Positions 9,420-19,306 of a stretch of DNA of 64,000 nucleotides are shown in pieces. Every line of letters begins with the position of its first letter. Position 1 is the first letter of the stretch. The translations under genes and the position numbers were made by a program. The stretch lies in the sequence record DRR723986_21710. One strand, 5' to 3'. Below the pieces are notes generated by a model. It was given only the letters and a program-made list of their open reading frames with translations. It had not been told where the DNA came from and made no database searches.

Positions 9420-11129
9420 CTAAAGTTTAGGTACATGCGCCTTGATCGCCTCTTTCGCTAGTGCTATTCTCCTTAATATTTTTTCATCATCTGCAGGAGC
9501 CAAGTCCTTTATCGAATCCATAGCCTTCGCATAATAATCCGTCCAGGTGTCGAGGATTTTTTGTTCATCTTCTTTTGATCCACCGTCTGTAATAGCTTTT
9601 TTGCTAAGCTGAACTTCAGTCATTAATCGTATTTGCGCTTTTGCTGCGATCATGAGAATCAGGTGATCTACCGTCGTCTCATCTGCATTTAATAGCGTAT
9701 AAGCCGATACTAAAGCTCCTGTACCGACATTGACCATGGTTTTCTGAGAGACTTTATCTAGACGATCATTGTCCGTATGGTAAAACTGATCTGTAAAATG
9801 CCAAAGCAACAATCCTGGAATATCTGCCTGAAGGAATGGCGCATGATCCGAGCCTCCTTCGAAAGGATTGGTTTTCACTACCCAATCAGCATATTCTCCC
9901 TGAGCTTCGAAGTTGGTCAGGATAAAGTCATTCAAATAGTGAGGTTTCATGTCTTCGATTTTCAAAGGTCTGCCACCCCATTCGCTGTGTTTATCCTCTC
10001 CACGAGTCCAAATGGCACTTGGATCTGGCATTTTTTCGATTAGGAAAGTTCCGCCAGTGACGTCTGTATTTTCTCCCACCATATCCAAGGAAATTCCCCA
10101 GTTGATATCGGCTTCACGCTTATCTTTTTCTTCTATATATCTTCTCGTTGAAATGATCTCATCTCCCCATAGGAAAGTCAAAGTACGCTTCAGATCAAGT
10201 TTGCCTTGCTTCATCAACTCAGCAGTGATTTTCGCCATTTCCAATTGAGTACCCACGCCAGTAGCATTGTCATTTGCGCCAGGCTCTTGGATGTGAGCGG
10301 AGAAAACAAAGCTTTCCAAAGGCAATTCTGATCCTTTTACATTAGCCACAACGGTGAGTTCTTCCGATTCATAAATCTTCGTTTCTGCTTTCACAGTCAC
10401 TTCGACTTTGCCGTTTGCCAACTCAGCTTTCAGTTTTTCTTTTGCTTCAAAAGAAAGTGCAATCGCCCAAGCAGGGTTATTGGCATCATGTCTCAACCCG
10501 CGAAACTGTATAGAAGTAACGTTTTTTTCAGGCTGCAAATAGCTAGGCATATCATAAGTCAAGACACCCAGAGCGCCTTTGTCTTTCAAGGCTGACTGCA
10601 AAGTTCTGTAGCCAACCTGATCCGAAAAGAGAATTTTTCCCTTTAAATCAACAGAGGAAAGAGCTTCCTTGCTCTCTACATAAATTACTTCCCCGGTAAT
10701 TCCTTCAGCAGGAGTGGAGGAGGAGTACATATAAATCATGTTTCGATTGGTCTCCGAGGAAAGTAAGGTTTCGTTGGAACCAACTATTTTCAAGGAAGCA
10801 GAAACAGGCTCCCAAGTTGGCTGACGCATCTCCCTGGTTTCTATTCTGTAGGTGAACCGATCTGAGTCCTTCGCTTTTTCCTCCAAAACATATCCGGACG
10901 CTTCGAGCTTCTCAGCAATTCGATATACCGTATTATTAAAGCCGGTATTCCCGGCAAGTCTCCAGTATTGCTCCACAAAAGCCACGGTTTCATAGGCCAA
11001 ATCACCCTTGAATTCCGGTCTTACCAACTTAAAATAAGGATCAGTAACTTTCTGAAGTGGAGCGTTTTGAGCAAAAGAACTTATGCTTAGAACGAAGAGA
11101 AGAAGGGAAAAGGAAGTTTTTAAATACAT
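9420..11129 (-). CDS. M28-family metallopeptidase with PA-like insert, secreted
   Basis: FSAHIQ, GANDNATG, GDE, SLDMVG, GGSDH, YHTDND; likely start ATG 11129 with signal peptide. Confidence 0.88.
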   Translation of the reverse strand: MYLKTSFSLLLFVLSISSFAQNAPLQKVTDPYFKLVRPEFKGDLAYETVAFVEQYWRLAGNTGFNNTVYRIAEKLEASGYVLEEKAKDSDRFTYRIETREMRQPTWEPVSASLKIVGSNETLLSSETNRNMIYMYSSSTPAEGITGEVIYVESKEALSSVDLKGKILFSDQVGYRTLQSALKDKGALGVLTYDMPSYLQPEKNVTSIQFRGLRHDANNPAWAIALSFEAKEKLKAELANGKVEVTVKAETKIYESEELTVVANVKGSELPLESFVFSAHIQEPGANDNATGVGTQLEMAKITAELMKQGKLDLKRTLTFLWGDEIISTRRYIEEKDKREADINWGISLDMVGENTDVTGGTFLIEKMPDPSAIWTRGEDKHSEWGGRPLKIEDMKPHYLNDFILTNFEAQGEYADWVVKTNPFEGGSDHAPFLQADIPGLLLWHFTDQFYHTDNDRLDKVSQKTMVNVGTGALVSAYTLLNADETTVDHLILMIAAKAQIRLMTEVQLSKKAITDGGSKEDEQKILDTWTDYYAKAMDSIKDLAPADDEKILRRIALAKEAIKAHVPKL

Positions 11130-11180
11130 ATTGGAAAGTTGAATTCGATCGCTTGAAGGCCGCAAGATAGCCGTTTATGA

Positions 11181-11789
11181 TTATTTCTTCCCGACTTTAA
11201 ATCTCATTTTATATGTAGCATTGAGGTACCACGGCATGGCATTGTTTGCTCCGAAAGCAGAGAGGCTGACCGCATTTTTTCGATTAGGGTTCTTGGAGTT
11301 CCACTCAGCTTCTAATTCCATGAACAAGCCCACACGCTGATATTTGTTCGTAATGTAGGCGGTGGATGTTGTCTCCGAAGAAAAAGGATCGGAGCGAATA
11401 AATGTCTCTCCACCTAGCTGTAGTGATGGTCCAGCTGAAAATGCCAAATTGAATCCGGAAGGCCGCTGAATAATGTCGTACTTAAAAGATGGAGTGATAA
11501 AAATTCCAGAGGATTGTTCCTCATTTTTTCCGCTAGAATACGTAGGCAAGGGTTTTTCATTGTAGCTGCCTAGTGATTGGTAGAATGAGAGGCTTGTATT
11601 GAATGAGGTTCTTTTGCCAAGCCTTACATTGAGTTCATTGGAGAAATTGAGACCATAAAGATCATTCATGCCATCGATGGAAGAGCCTAAGCCTACTGTG
11701 TATTGTAGTTTAGGTTTTTCCTGCGCATTTGTAAAGATCGGATTGAATGCAAAAAAGAAAAGGATCAGAAGTAGTCGATGTGATTTCAT
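11181..11789 (-). CDS. Hypothetical secreted / small outer-membrane beta-barrel protein
   Basis: Likely start ATG 11789 (MKSHRLLLILFFFAF...AQ signal peptide); alternating amphipathic strands; the upstream ORF extension runs through a tandem repeat and is probably untranslated. Confidence 0.6.
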   Translation of the reverse strand: MKSHRLLLILFFFAFNPIFTNAQEKPKLQYTVGLGSSIDGMNDLYGLNFSNELNVRLGKRTSFNTSLSFYQSLGSYNEKPLPTYSSGKNEEQSSGIFITPSFKYDIIQRPSGFNLAFSAGPSLQLGGETFIRSDPFSSETTSTAYITNKYQRVGLFMELEAEWNSKNPNRKNAVSLSAFGANNAMPWYLNATYKMRFKVGKK

Positions 11790-11928
11790 ATACAGAAAGT
11801 TTAGAAGTTGATTTATCGAATTACTACTAATCTTCTTTAATACTAAACTTTCTTTAGGTTGTTTAACTAAAACATTGTTAATTAAATAGTTGTCAGTGAT
11901 TTTTGGGTGTTTTAACGAAGAGTAATCA

Positions 11929-12007
11929 CTTTCCAACCTTACCACTTTCCAACTTCTTACCCAAAAATTCCAATCTTCCAATCTTTCAATTTTCCAATCC
12001 GACAATC
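11929..12007. repeat. Octamer tandem repeats (TTCCAATC-like), degenerate
   Basis: CTTTCCAA CCTTACCA CTTTCCAA ... TTCCAATC TTCCAATC TTTCAATT TTCCAATC CGACAATC. Confidence 0.75.
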
Positions 12008-12071
12008 CGTTAAGACCAAACATTATTCTGTAAATTTTCCAAGATCACTTCCTCAATTTAATTGACCTGCT

Positions 12072-12079
12072 TACCTTTG
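12072..12079 (+). promoter_or_regulatory. -7 promoter element TACCTTTG, 3 nt before the guaA ATG
   Basis: Exact TAnnTTTG match followed by CGC-ATG. Confidence 0.6.
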
Positions 12080-12082
12080 CGC

Positions 12083-13612
12083 ATGGCAGAACAAATCTTG
12101 ATCCTCGATTTCGGTTCTCAGTACACACAACTCATCGCCCGAAGAGTTAGAGAGCTGAATGTTTATTGCGAAATCCACCCCTATAACAAAGTTCCAGAAA
12201 TCACCTCCGACATTAAAGGAGTGATACTTTCAGGTTCTCCTTGCTCGGTAAGAGATGAGGGGTCTCCTGATTTGGACTTGGATATTTTGAGAGGCAAACT
12301 TCCTCTTTTGGGCGTATGTTACGGTTCTCAACTTTTAGCACAGAAATATGGCGGAGAAGTGCTTCCATCTGAGATTAGAGAATACGGTCGCGCAAATCTT
12401 AGTCACCTTGACAATCATTACGATTTGCTCAAGGAAATGAGCCATGGTTCGCAAGTTTGGATGTCACATGGGGATACGATCAAGAATTTGCCTGAAAATT
12501 TTGAAGTGATAGCCAGCACAGACTCTGTTCGTGTGGCTGCATTCAAAATTCAAAATGAAGAAACTTACGGCATTCAATTCCACCCAGAGGTAACTCACTC
12601 TTCGGAGGGGAAAAACCTACTTAGAAATTTCGTGGTAGGAATCTGTGGCTGTTCCCAAGACTGGACTTCAGATGTGTTTATCGATGCGAGTATTGCAGAT
12701 TTAAAAGCTAAGATCGGTTCAGACAAGGTAGTAATGGGGCTTTCTGGAGGAGTTGATTCTTCTGTGGCTGCTACACTTATTCACCGTGCGATTGGCGATC
12801 AGCTGATCTGCGTTTTTGTGGATAATGGTTTGCTTCGCAAAAATGAATTCGAAGAAGTATTGGATTCATATAAGCACATGGGACTAAATGTGATTGGCGT
12901 AGATGCTAAGCAAAAGTTCTATGATGCACTTGCTGGTGTTACTGATCCAGAAGCAAAGAGAAAGGCGATTGGAAATGCTTTTATCGAGGTTTTCGACGAA
13001 GAATCAAATAAACTTGAAGGTGTGAAATGGCTTGGACAAGGCACGATCTACCCAGATGTTATTGAGTCTATTTCTGTGAAAGGACCTTCTGCTACGATCA
13101 AATCTCACCACAATGTGGGTGGTTTACCTGATTTCATGAAGCTTTCTGTAGTGGAGCCTTTGAATACCCTTTTCAAAGATGAGGTTCGTGAGGTGGGGAG
13201 AGCGTTGGACATTGTGGAAACTATCATCGGGCGTCATCCTTTCCCGGGACCGGGGCTTGGAATCCGTATTTTGGGAGATGTGACTGCTGAGAAAGTAAAA
13301 ACACTTCAGGAAGTTGATCATATTTTCATCAAAGGCTTAAAAGATTCAGGTCTTTATGATCAGGTATGGCAAGCAGGAGCGATGCTGCTTCCAATTCAGT
13401 CTGTTGGTGTGATGGGAGATGAGCGTACCTATGAGAAAGTTGTTGCCCTACGAGCCGTTGGTTCTGTGGATGGCATGACCGCAGATTGGATTCACTTGCC
13501 TTACGAGTTTTTAGGTAAGATTTCTAATGACATCATCAATAAGGTTAAAGGTGTAAACAGAGTTGTTTATGATATTTCTTCTAAGCCACCTGCAACCATT
13601 GAGTGGGAATAG
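12083..13612 (+). CDS. guaA: GMP synthase (glutamine-hydrolysing)
   Basis: [51 protein letters not shown]; start at ATG 12083. Confidence 0.98.
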   Translation: MAEQILILDFGSQYTQLIARRVRELNVYCEIHPYNKVPEITSDIKGVILSGSPCSVRDEGSPDLDLDILRGKLPLLGVCYGSQLLAQKYGGEVLPSEIREYGRANLSHLDNHYDLLKEMSHGSQVWMSHGDTIKNLPENFEVIASTDSVRVAAFKIQNEETYGIQFHPEVTHSSEGKNLLRNFVVGICGCSQDWTSDVFIDASIADLKAKIGSDKVVMGLSGGVDSSVAATLIHRAIGDQLICVFVDNGLLRKNEFEEVLDSYKHMGLNVIGVDAKQKFYDALAGVTDPEAKRKAIGNAFIEVFDEESNKLEGVKWLGQGTIYPDVIESISVKGPSATIKSHHNVGGLPDFMKLSVVEPLNTLFKDEVREVGRALDIVETIIGRHPFPGPGLGIRILGDVTAEKVKTLQEVDHIFIKGLKDSGLYDQVWQAGAMLLPIQSVGVMGDERTYEKVVALRAVGSVDGMTADWIHLPYEFLGKISNDIINKVKGVNRVVYDISSKPPATIEWE

Positions 13613-13616
13613 AAAA

Positions 13617-13646
13617 ATTTGAGATTTGAAATTTCAAATTTGAAAT
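13617..13646. repeat. Heptamer tandem repeat (ATTTGAA)x4
   Basis: ATTTGAG ATTTGAA ATTTCAA ATTTGAA, between the guaA stop and its terminator. Confidence 0.65.
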
Positions 13647-13649
13647 AAT

Positions 13650-13679
13650 AAAAACCCGAAGTTATTTCTTCGGGTTTTT
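13650..13679 (+). terminator. Rho-independent terminator after guaA
   Basis: AAAAACCCGAAG-TTATTT-CTTCGGGTTTTT. Confidence 0.85.
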
Positions 13680-13705
13680 ACTTTTCATGGCTTTTCGGCC
13701 TGAAC

Positions 13706-13735
13706 TTTGGGTTTGAAAATAATGGGTTAAATTTG
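13706..13735 (+). promoter_or_regulatory. Bacteroidota -33/-7 promoter for the TPR-protein/hemL unit
   Basis: TTTG 13706-13709, 18-nt spacer, TAAATTTG 13728-13735. Confidence 0.65.
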
Positions 13736-13771
13736 CAAACCCTGTTTTGATGTTTGATTCACCTCAATAAA

Positions 13772-15421
13772 ATGAAAAAAAATCTTTTAATAATTCCGGT
13801 ATTTTTCATCCTGAGCTTAGCATTTGCTCAAATCCCTACACCGGATGCTTATCGCAAGGCACAATCCGAACTTGCAGCCAAAAATTATTGGGAAGCTATC
13901 CCTCTTTTTAAGCAATTTACAGATCCAAAAGAATATGGAAACCTAGCTAATTACGCAGCCTTTCATTTAGGAGAAGCTGCATTAGGTGCAAATCAACCTG
14001 CCCAGGCAATAGCAGCTTTGGAACCAATTATAAATGGAAATTGGGCTAAGGCTGATGAGGCTAAATATCTTTTAGCGATAGCTTATTTCAAAAATCAACA
14101 GAATGTAGAAGCTCTGCAGACGATTAAAAAGATAAAGGACGATAAGATTATGTCAATGGCTGAAAATGCCACTTTTGAAAACCTGAAGCAGGTTAGTGCA
14201 AGTTTTATGATTGCAAATCTTTCTGAATTCAAAGAAAATAAGGGCTATGGAGAAGCTCTGAAAAGAGTCTTGGAAAGTCAAACCATTCTCTCAGCCACAG
14301 AACGTGCAGCTTATTATGAGTTGCAAGGCAAGGCGAATGAAAACAAAAATGTAGTAAAAGATCAGGTGTTGGACATCGTAGTGATTTTACCATTCACTAA
14401 TTCCTCACGATCTAATTTGTCCAGCATTCCTCAAAATGATTTTGTCTTTGAACTGTATCAAGGGTTAGAATTTGGTGTAGAGCAATTGAAGATAAAGGGA
14501 ACACAAGTGAACATGTTGACCTGTGACTCAAAGAGAGATGCTGCGCATTTGCAAAATTTGCTTTCTGATCCCGCAATTGCTTCAGCTGATGTAATAATTG
14601 GGCCAATCTATCCAGAAGAGTCTGATTTGGTCAGTAGTTTTGCTGAAACAGCAAAGATTCCATTTGTTCATCCCCTGTCTAATCTCGGGGAAAGATTTGA
14701 AGAGTTAAATTATAGCTATTTGTTTAGACCTTCTGTGAGTTCTATTGCCAATGGGATTGTTGAAGGTTTGAGGAAGCAGAATTGGGGTAAAAGAGTTGCA
14801 GTAGGATATAGCGGAAGTTCCCGTGATGAGATGCTGGCGAAGATGCTTCAAACTCAGTTGGGAGAAGCTGGATTTCAGTTAACTGAATTCGAACAAATAA
14901 ATGCTCGAAACGTCAGTGCCTTTATGCAGGGACTGGGTGTGAAAAGTGGAGAAGGAGCTGTTTCTGTAGATCAGGTTGTTTTATTATCAGATGACCCTTC
15001 CATAGCTCAACCGGTGTTTTCCTTGATGGAATCTATCACTACCTCCATTCCAACCGTAGTAATGGATTCTTGGTTAAGCTTCAATTTTGCTAATTATGAG
15101 ATGCTGGAGTTTCCAAATTTCTATTTCATTGGCAACAATACCTTGAATTTCTACGGAGCGCCAATGCAGCAATTCCGAAATAGATTTTACAATAAGTACC
15201 TGAATTTACCTAGCATTAATTCCACACTTGGAGCGGAGCTGATCAACTGGGTGTCTTCCAATATGTCTGCTACAAAGGGCTTTGATTTGAGAAGAAACCT
15301 AGATCAAAAAGCATTTGAAGCGGGTAGATTAACTTGGGGATTTAATTTTCAAGGAGGTCACAACAATCAATATGTGCCGCTGTTTGAATTAGAAGCAGGC
15401 GAATTGAAACCTTTAGATTAA
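13772..15421 (+). CDS. Secreted TPR + type-1 periplasmic-binding-fold protein (LpoA/LivK-like architecture)
   Basis: Signal peptide from ATG 13772, TPR-like helices, IVVILPF...ELYQG...DVIIGP. Confidence 0.7.
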   Translation: MKKNLLIIPVFFILSLAFAQIPTPDAYRKAQSELAAKNYWEAIPLFKQFTDPKEYGNLANYAAFHLGEAALGANQPAQAIAALEPIINGNWAKADEAKYLLAIAYFKNQQNVEALQTIKKIKDDKIMSMAENATFENLKQVSASFMIANLSEFKENKGYGEALKRVLESQTILSATERAAYYELQGKANENKNVVKDQVLDIVVILPFTNSSRSNLSSIPQNDFVFELYQGLEFGVEQLKIKGTQVNMLTCDSKRDAAHLQNLLSDPAIASADVIIGPIYPEESDLVSSFAETAKIPFVHPLSNLGERFEELNYSYLFRPSVSSIANGIVEGLRKQNWGKRVAVGYSGSSRDEMLAKMLQTQLGEAGFQLTEFEQINARNVSAFMQGLGVKSGEGAVSVDQVVLLSDDPSIAQPVFSLMESITTSIPTVVMDSWLSFNFANYEMLEFPNFYFIGNNTLNFYGAPMQQFRNRFYNKYLNLPSINSTLGAELINWVSSNMSATKGFDLRRNLDQKAFEAGRLTWGFNFQGGHNNQYVPLFELEAGELKPLD

Positions 15422-15424
15422 ACC

Positions 15425-16720
15425 ATGAATATTTCTAAGAGTAAAGAGCTTTTTGCAAAAGCCCAAAATTTCATTCCAGGTGGTGTGAACTCGCCTGTTC
15501 GTGCCTTTAGAGCTGTAGGTGGAGATCCACTTTTTATCAAAAAAGCTGATGGAGCTTACTTGTACGATGAGGATGGGAATAAATTTATAGAACTGATCAA
15601 TAGCTGGGGGCCTATGCTTCTGGGGCATAATCATCCAAAAGTTAAAGATGCTGTAATCAAAGCAATGGAAGATGGTACCTCTTTCGGTGCTCCCACAGCG
15701 CGTGAAGTGGAGATTGCTGAGTTGATCGTAAACATGGTTCCCTCTATCGAGAAAGTTCGTATGGTGAACTCAGGTACCGAAGCGACCATGTCTGCGATCC
15801 GAGTGGCTAGAGGTTTTACAGGTCGGGATAAGTTTATCAAAATGGAAGGGCACTACCATGGTCATGGGGATTCATTTTTGATCGCTGCCGGCTCAGGGGC
15901 GATGACTATGGGCGATCCGGATTCTCCAGGAGTGACCAAAGGAACGGCCAAGGATACCTTGATCGCTCCTTATAATAATCTAGAAGCAATTGAAGAATTG
16001 GTAGCAGCTAACCCAGGGGAAATCGCTGCCTTAATACTAGAACCTGTTCCAGGAAATATGGGGCTGTGTCTTCCGAAGGAAGGTTACCTTCAAGGTCTTC
16101 GAGATATCTGTACTAGAGAAGGAATTGTGTTGATTTTCGATGAGGTGATGACTGGATTTCGCTTAGCAAAAGGTGGGGCACAGGAAGTATTTGGAGTAAC
16201 TCCAGATATGACGACCTTGGGTAAAATCATTGGTGGTGGTATGCCAGTTGGAGCTTACGGAGGGAAGAGAGAAATCATGGAATTTGTTTCTCCTGCTGGA
16301 CCTGTTTATCAAGCGGGGACACTTTCAGGCAACCCAATTGCCATGGCAGCAGGTTTGACGATGCTAAATCATCTGAATACAGATCCAACTGTCTATACGG
16401 AGTTAACTCACATCGGAGAGAGATTGACCGCAGGCATTAAAAGTATCAATAAGGATTTAGGGTTGAATTACACGGTGAACAGCTTTGGAAGTATGTATAG
16501 CTTGTTTTTCACAGATTCTCCAGTGTTTGACTTTGAAACGGCAAAGGCTTCTGATACGGCTCTGTTTGGCAAATATTTTCAGGCTATGCTTAAGCGTGGA
16601 GTATATTTGGCGCCGAGCCAATTTGAGAGTTTGTTCTTATCTACTGCTTTGAAAGATGATGTGATCGACCAGATCTTGAGTGCTCATAAGGAAGCAATGG
16701 TGGAGATATTGGGGTTGTAG
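15425..16720 (+). CDS. hemL: Glutamate-1-semialdehyde 2,1-aminomutase
   Basis: IPGGVNSPVRAF, NSGTEATM, FDEVMTGFR, GKIIGGG, YQAGTLSGNP. Confidence 0.98.
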   Translation: MNISKSKELFAKAQNFIPGGVNSPVRAFRAVGGDPLFIKKADGAYLYDEDGNKFIELINSWGPMLLGHNHPKVKDAVIKAMEDGTSFGAPTAREVEIAELIVNMVPSIEKVRMVNSGTEATMSAIRVARGFTGRDKFIKMEGHYHGHGDSFLIAAGSGAMTMGDPDSPGVTKGTAKDTLIAPYNNLEAIEELVAANPGEIAALILEPVPGNMGLCLPKEGYLQGLRDICTREGIVLIFDEVMTGFRLAKGGAQEVFGVTPDMTTLGKIIGGGMPVGAYGGKREIMEFVSPAGPVYQAGTLSGNPIAMAAGLTMLNHLNTDPTVYTELTHIGERLTAGIKSINKDLGLNYTVNSFGSMYSLFFTDSPVFDFETAKASDTALFGKYFQAMLKRGVYLAPSQFESLFLSTALKDDVIDQILSAHKEAMVEILGL

Positions 16721-16751
16721 ATTTTGTATTTATTCAGAGCAAAAGGGCAAG

Positions 16752-16961
16752 CTAAGCATATTGTAGCTTACCTTTTGGTTCTGGTATTTTCATCCCATCC
16801 TCTTTGGCAATTTTTAGCCAAAGTTCTATTGCTTGCTGAGCATTTTCCAATGCCTCTGTTTGATTGTCACCATGTGCTTTGATAGAGGGTAATTCTGGTA
16901 CTTCTGATACAAAGCACTCGTCTTGATCACTCCAGTAAACGAAGATTCCGTATTTGCTCAT
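16752..16961 (-). CDS. hicB: HicB-family antitoxin (short)
   Basis: YWSDQDECFVSEVPELPSIKAHGD...EALENAQQAIELWL...IPEP; start overlaps the hicA stop (ATGA). Confidence 0.88.
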   Translation of the reverse strand: MSKYGIFVYWSDQDECFVSEVPELPSIKAHGDNQTEALENAQQAIELWLKIAKEDGMKIPEPKGKLQYA

Positions 16962-17214
16962 TGTTTTGAAAGTTTAAATTGGATGATGATTTCTCTGATT
17001 TGTTTTACTTGATAGGGTTTTGCTTGGCCATCTTTGGTTGTTTGAATATTTATTATTTCAGGAATATCCTCTATTTATAAATCGTATGACTACCTGCACC
17101 GCCTCTTTCTTTAAAGCCTAGCTGAATAATTAACGTTTTCAAATCCGATATGGATAGATTTTTATCCGATTTACCAGAGAGAACCTTTAATAAAAGCTTT
17201 TCAAATTTACTCAT
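16958..17214 (-). pseudogene. hicA: HicA-family mRNA-interferase toxin with a 1-nt frameshift (not in ORF track)
   Basis: First frame MSKFEKLLLKVLSGKSDKNLSISDLKTLIIQLGFKERGGAGSHTIYK* (TAG 17073-17071); shifted frame IEDIPEIINIQTTKDGQAKPYQVKQIREIIIQFKLSKQ*; GSH and AKPYQVKQ are HicA motifs; one extra A restores an 85-aa ORF. Confidence 0.85.
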
Positions 17215-17393
17215 TAGGTAGGATTGTATTGAAATAACCTTCTAATTCCCATTTCATAATTAAGGATCTCCATCCAATATAATCACTAAGCTTTAAATTT
17301 CTTGATTGGATTGACGGCTATTTTTTAAAGGTTAAAAGTTGATTTTCGGACTATTTTGGATCAAATTCGTTTTAATAAAAGAACAAATAAAAT

Positions 17394-17747
17394 ATGTCCA
17401 TCAAAGTTTACGGAATTAAGAATTGCAATACAATGAAGAAGACCTTCGATTTCCTGGCGGAAAAAGGAGTGCAGTATGACTTTATCGATTATAAAAAGCA
17501 GAAGCCAGATGCTGCACTTTTAGAAGGTTTTTTGGAGAAAACAGATCTTTCTTCTTTAGTGAATAAGAAAGGAACAACCTACCGAAAAATGAGTGATGAG
17601 CAGAAATCAGCCCTTGAAAACGAGGAAACTGCGATCCCGATACTTGAAGAAAACTCAAGTATGATCAAGCGTCCAGTGATTATTTACAAAGACGGAAGTT
17701 TGAGTTTAGGCTTTGATGCAGAGGTGATTGAGGGGCATTTGAAATAA
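17394..17747 (+). CDS. ArsC/Spx/YffB-family thioredoxin-fold protein
   Basis: VYGIKNCNTMKK, NKKGTTYR, IKRPVI. Confidence 0.9.
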   Translation: MSIKVYGIKNCNTMKKTFDFLAEKGVQYDFIDYKKQKPDAALLEGFLEKTDLSSLVNKKGTTYRKMSDEQKSALENEETAIPILEENSSMIKRPVIIYKDGSLSLGFDAEVIEGHLK

Positions 17748-17748
17748 A

Positions 17749-17918
17749 GTCTCCCGCGAAGGCGCAACGGCGCAAAGTAATTGAGTTAACCAGCCCCATT
17801 TTTTTTGGATTCATTATTTAGCTTTTAACATATATTGAATTAGTCCAAGTGAAAAGAGCTAAAGATTCCTTGAATGTCAAGAATAAAAGCTTTGCGCCAT
17901 TGCGCCGTAGCGGGAGAC
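17749..17918. repeat. 170-bp element bounded by 29-bp imperfect inverted repeats containing GCGCAANG-type octamers (REP/MITE-like)
   Basis: Left GTCTCCCGCGAAGGCGCAACGGCGCAAAG (17749-17777); reverse complement of right arm (17890-17918) GTCTCCCGCTACGGCGCAATGGCGCAAAG; 26/29 identical. Confidence 0.85.
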
Positions 17919-17923
17919 GTTTT

Positions 17924-19306
17924 TCAATAAACAATGGTGTCCGTCGGCAAGGGCGGTAAGCTGAGATTGCCTGTTTCTAGGTGAAAACTGAATTGCGAAG
18001 TTTCCCCCGATCCTGCTGCCGGTGTATTGTAGACAAACACTTTTTCAAGCGCTGGATGACCCTGAAGTTTGTCAAGCTTGTCCATTGCTACCTTGGTTTC
18101 ATTAAGATAGAGCAGCTTTAGATTTTTGTTACTGCTTAGTTTATCTAATTGAGAGCCATCGATAGAAGTCTTATTTAGCTTCAAAACTGTCAAATTGGGC
18201 AGAGTGGAAATTGACTCAAAAATCGCATCAGTTATGGCTGTACCCGTAAGGTCTAGATATACAATCTGCTCTTGGGCTGAGATTAACAAATTCCAGTCTG
18301 AATTGGTAAAAGCAGGAAAATTAATGCAGCTGATGTTTAGAAAGGAAGACCCTTCTTTAATTACTTCCGCAAAAAAACCTCGGTCTTTTAGTTTGGAAAT
18401 GGAATCCTGAGGAACTTTTCCAACTTCCACCTCAGGATAGAAAGGCTTTTCAATTTTCTTGAAAAACGGTTCTACCATGTCTTCCGAAATGTTGGATTCA
18501 CCAAGTTTATTGCTTTCAGATGCTCCTGATTCAATCCAGGCTTTGATCAATTCGATTTCTTCCTTTCTTGGCTGACGCTTGTCCTTTGGAGGCATGTGGT
18601 CGTCATGGTCCTCAGGTAAAATCATTCGCATGAAAAGGGAACTCTCCTCAGCATCTTTTGAGGTAAGCACCGAACCATCTTCTCCACCTTTTTGAATTCC
18701 TTTGAAAGAACTGAGGTCTAATTCTCCCTTTAGTTTTTTAGGGTTATGGCAACTTTTACAATTTTGATCCAAAATCGGCTGAACGGCTCCCGTGTAAAAC
18801 GCTACTTCTTCCCAATTATCTGCGGGAAGTTCAAGAGGTTCATTAGTGCTTACTTCTCCTCCAAGTAAAGCTTGGAGTTCGGGAGGTAATACTTCTGTGA
18901 AATAATCATCCCCATGGGTAATGTTGCCTCCTAGATGGCCTGTAATGGTTATTATCATAATTAGACCTGCTCCTTTGATTTTCAACTGTGATGGAGTTGA
19001 AGCAGCTCTTTTCAAATGATACCAGAAGCCAAAAGAAAATATGGTTGTAAGTATACCTAAGATGAGGTGAAACTTCACTGTATCCCAGCCATACCCTTCA
19101 TTCTGGTATTGCAAAAACCCGCTGATACTAGCCAGACCAGCGGAAATACCACCCAGTAAAAATGTTAACTGGATGATTGGGGAATAGATCGAGTACTTCT
19201 TTCCAAACCAAAAAATCAGGATAACTCCAAACACCAAAAAGCCAATTGGTAAGTGAACTAAAATCGGGTGAAATCGCCCGAACAATGGCAAGATAAAATC
19301 AATCAT
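17924..19306 (-). CDS. Membrane protein with planctomycete-type cytochrome c domain and C-terminal leucine-rich repeats
   Basis: 4 TM N-terminus (GRFHPILVHLPIG...GHLGG), heme motif CKSCH, HMPP...WIESGA, LxxLxLxxTxI repeats. Confidence 0.85.
   Translation of the reverse strand: MIDFILPLFGRFHPILVHLPIGFLVFGVILIFWFGKKYSIYSPIIQLTFLLGGISAGLASISGFLQYQNEGYGWDTVKFHLILGILTTIFSFGFWYHLKRAASTPSQLKIKGAGLIMIITITGHLGGNITHGDDYFTEVLPPELQALLGGEVSTNEPLELPADNWEEVAFYTGAVQPILDQNCKSCHNPKKLKGELDLSSFKGIQKGGEDGSVLTSKDAEESSLFMRMILPEDHDDHMPPKDKRQPRKEEIELIKAWIESGASESNKLGESNISEDMVEPFFKKIEKPFYPEVEVGKVPQDSISKLKDRGFFAEVIKEGSSFLNISCINFPAFTNSDWNLLISAQEQIVYLDLTGTAITDAIFESISTLPNLTVLKLNKTSIDGSQLDKLSSNKNLKLLYLNETKVAMDKLDKLQGHPALEKVFVYNTPAAGSGETSQFSFHLETGNLSLPPLPTDTIVY

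Noticed and set aside
11790-12023. 78-codon N-terminal extension of the 11181 ORF (WKIERLEDW...)
   Set aside because: It is a translation of the octamer repeat and promoter DNA; the signal peptide starts at ATG 11789
8093-13646. Short repeat arrays considered as CRISPR or DGR repeats
   Set aside because: Units are 7-8 nt with no unique spacers; no cas or reverse transcriptase gene in the window
17394-17747. ArsC-like gene as evidence of an arsenic-resistance operon
   Set aside because: YffB/Spx-type sequence with a single Cys, no arsR/arsB/acr3 adjacent, and far from the DUF547 cluster
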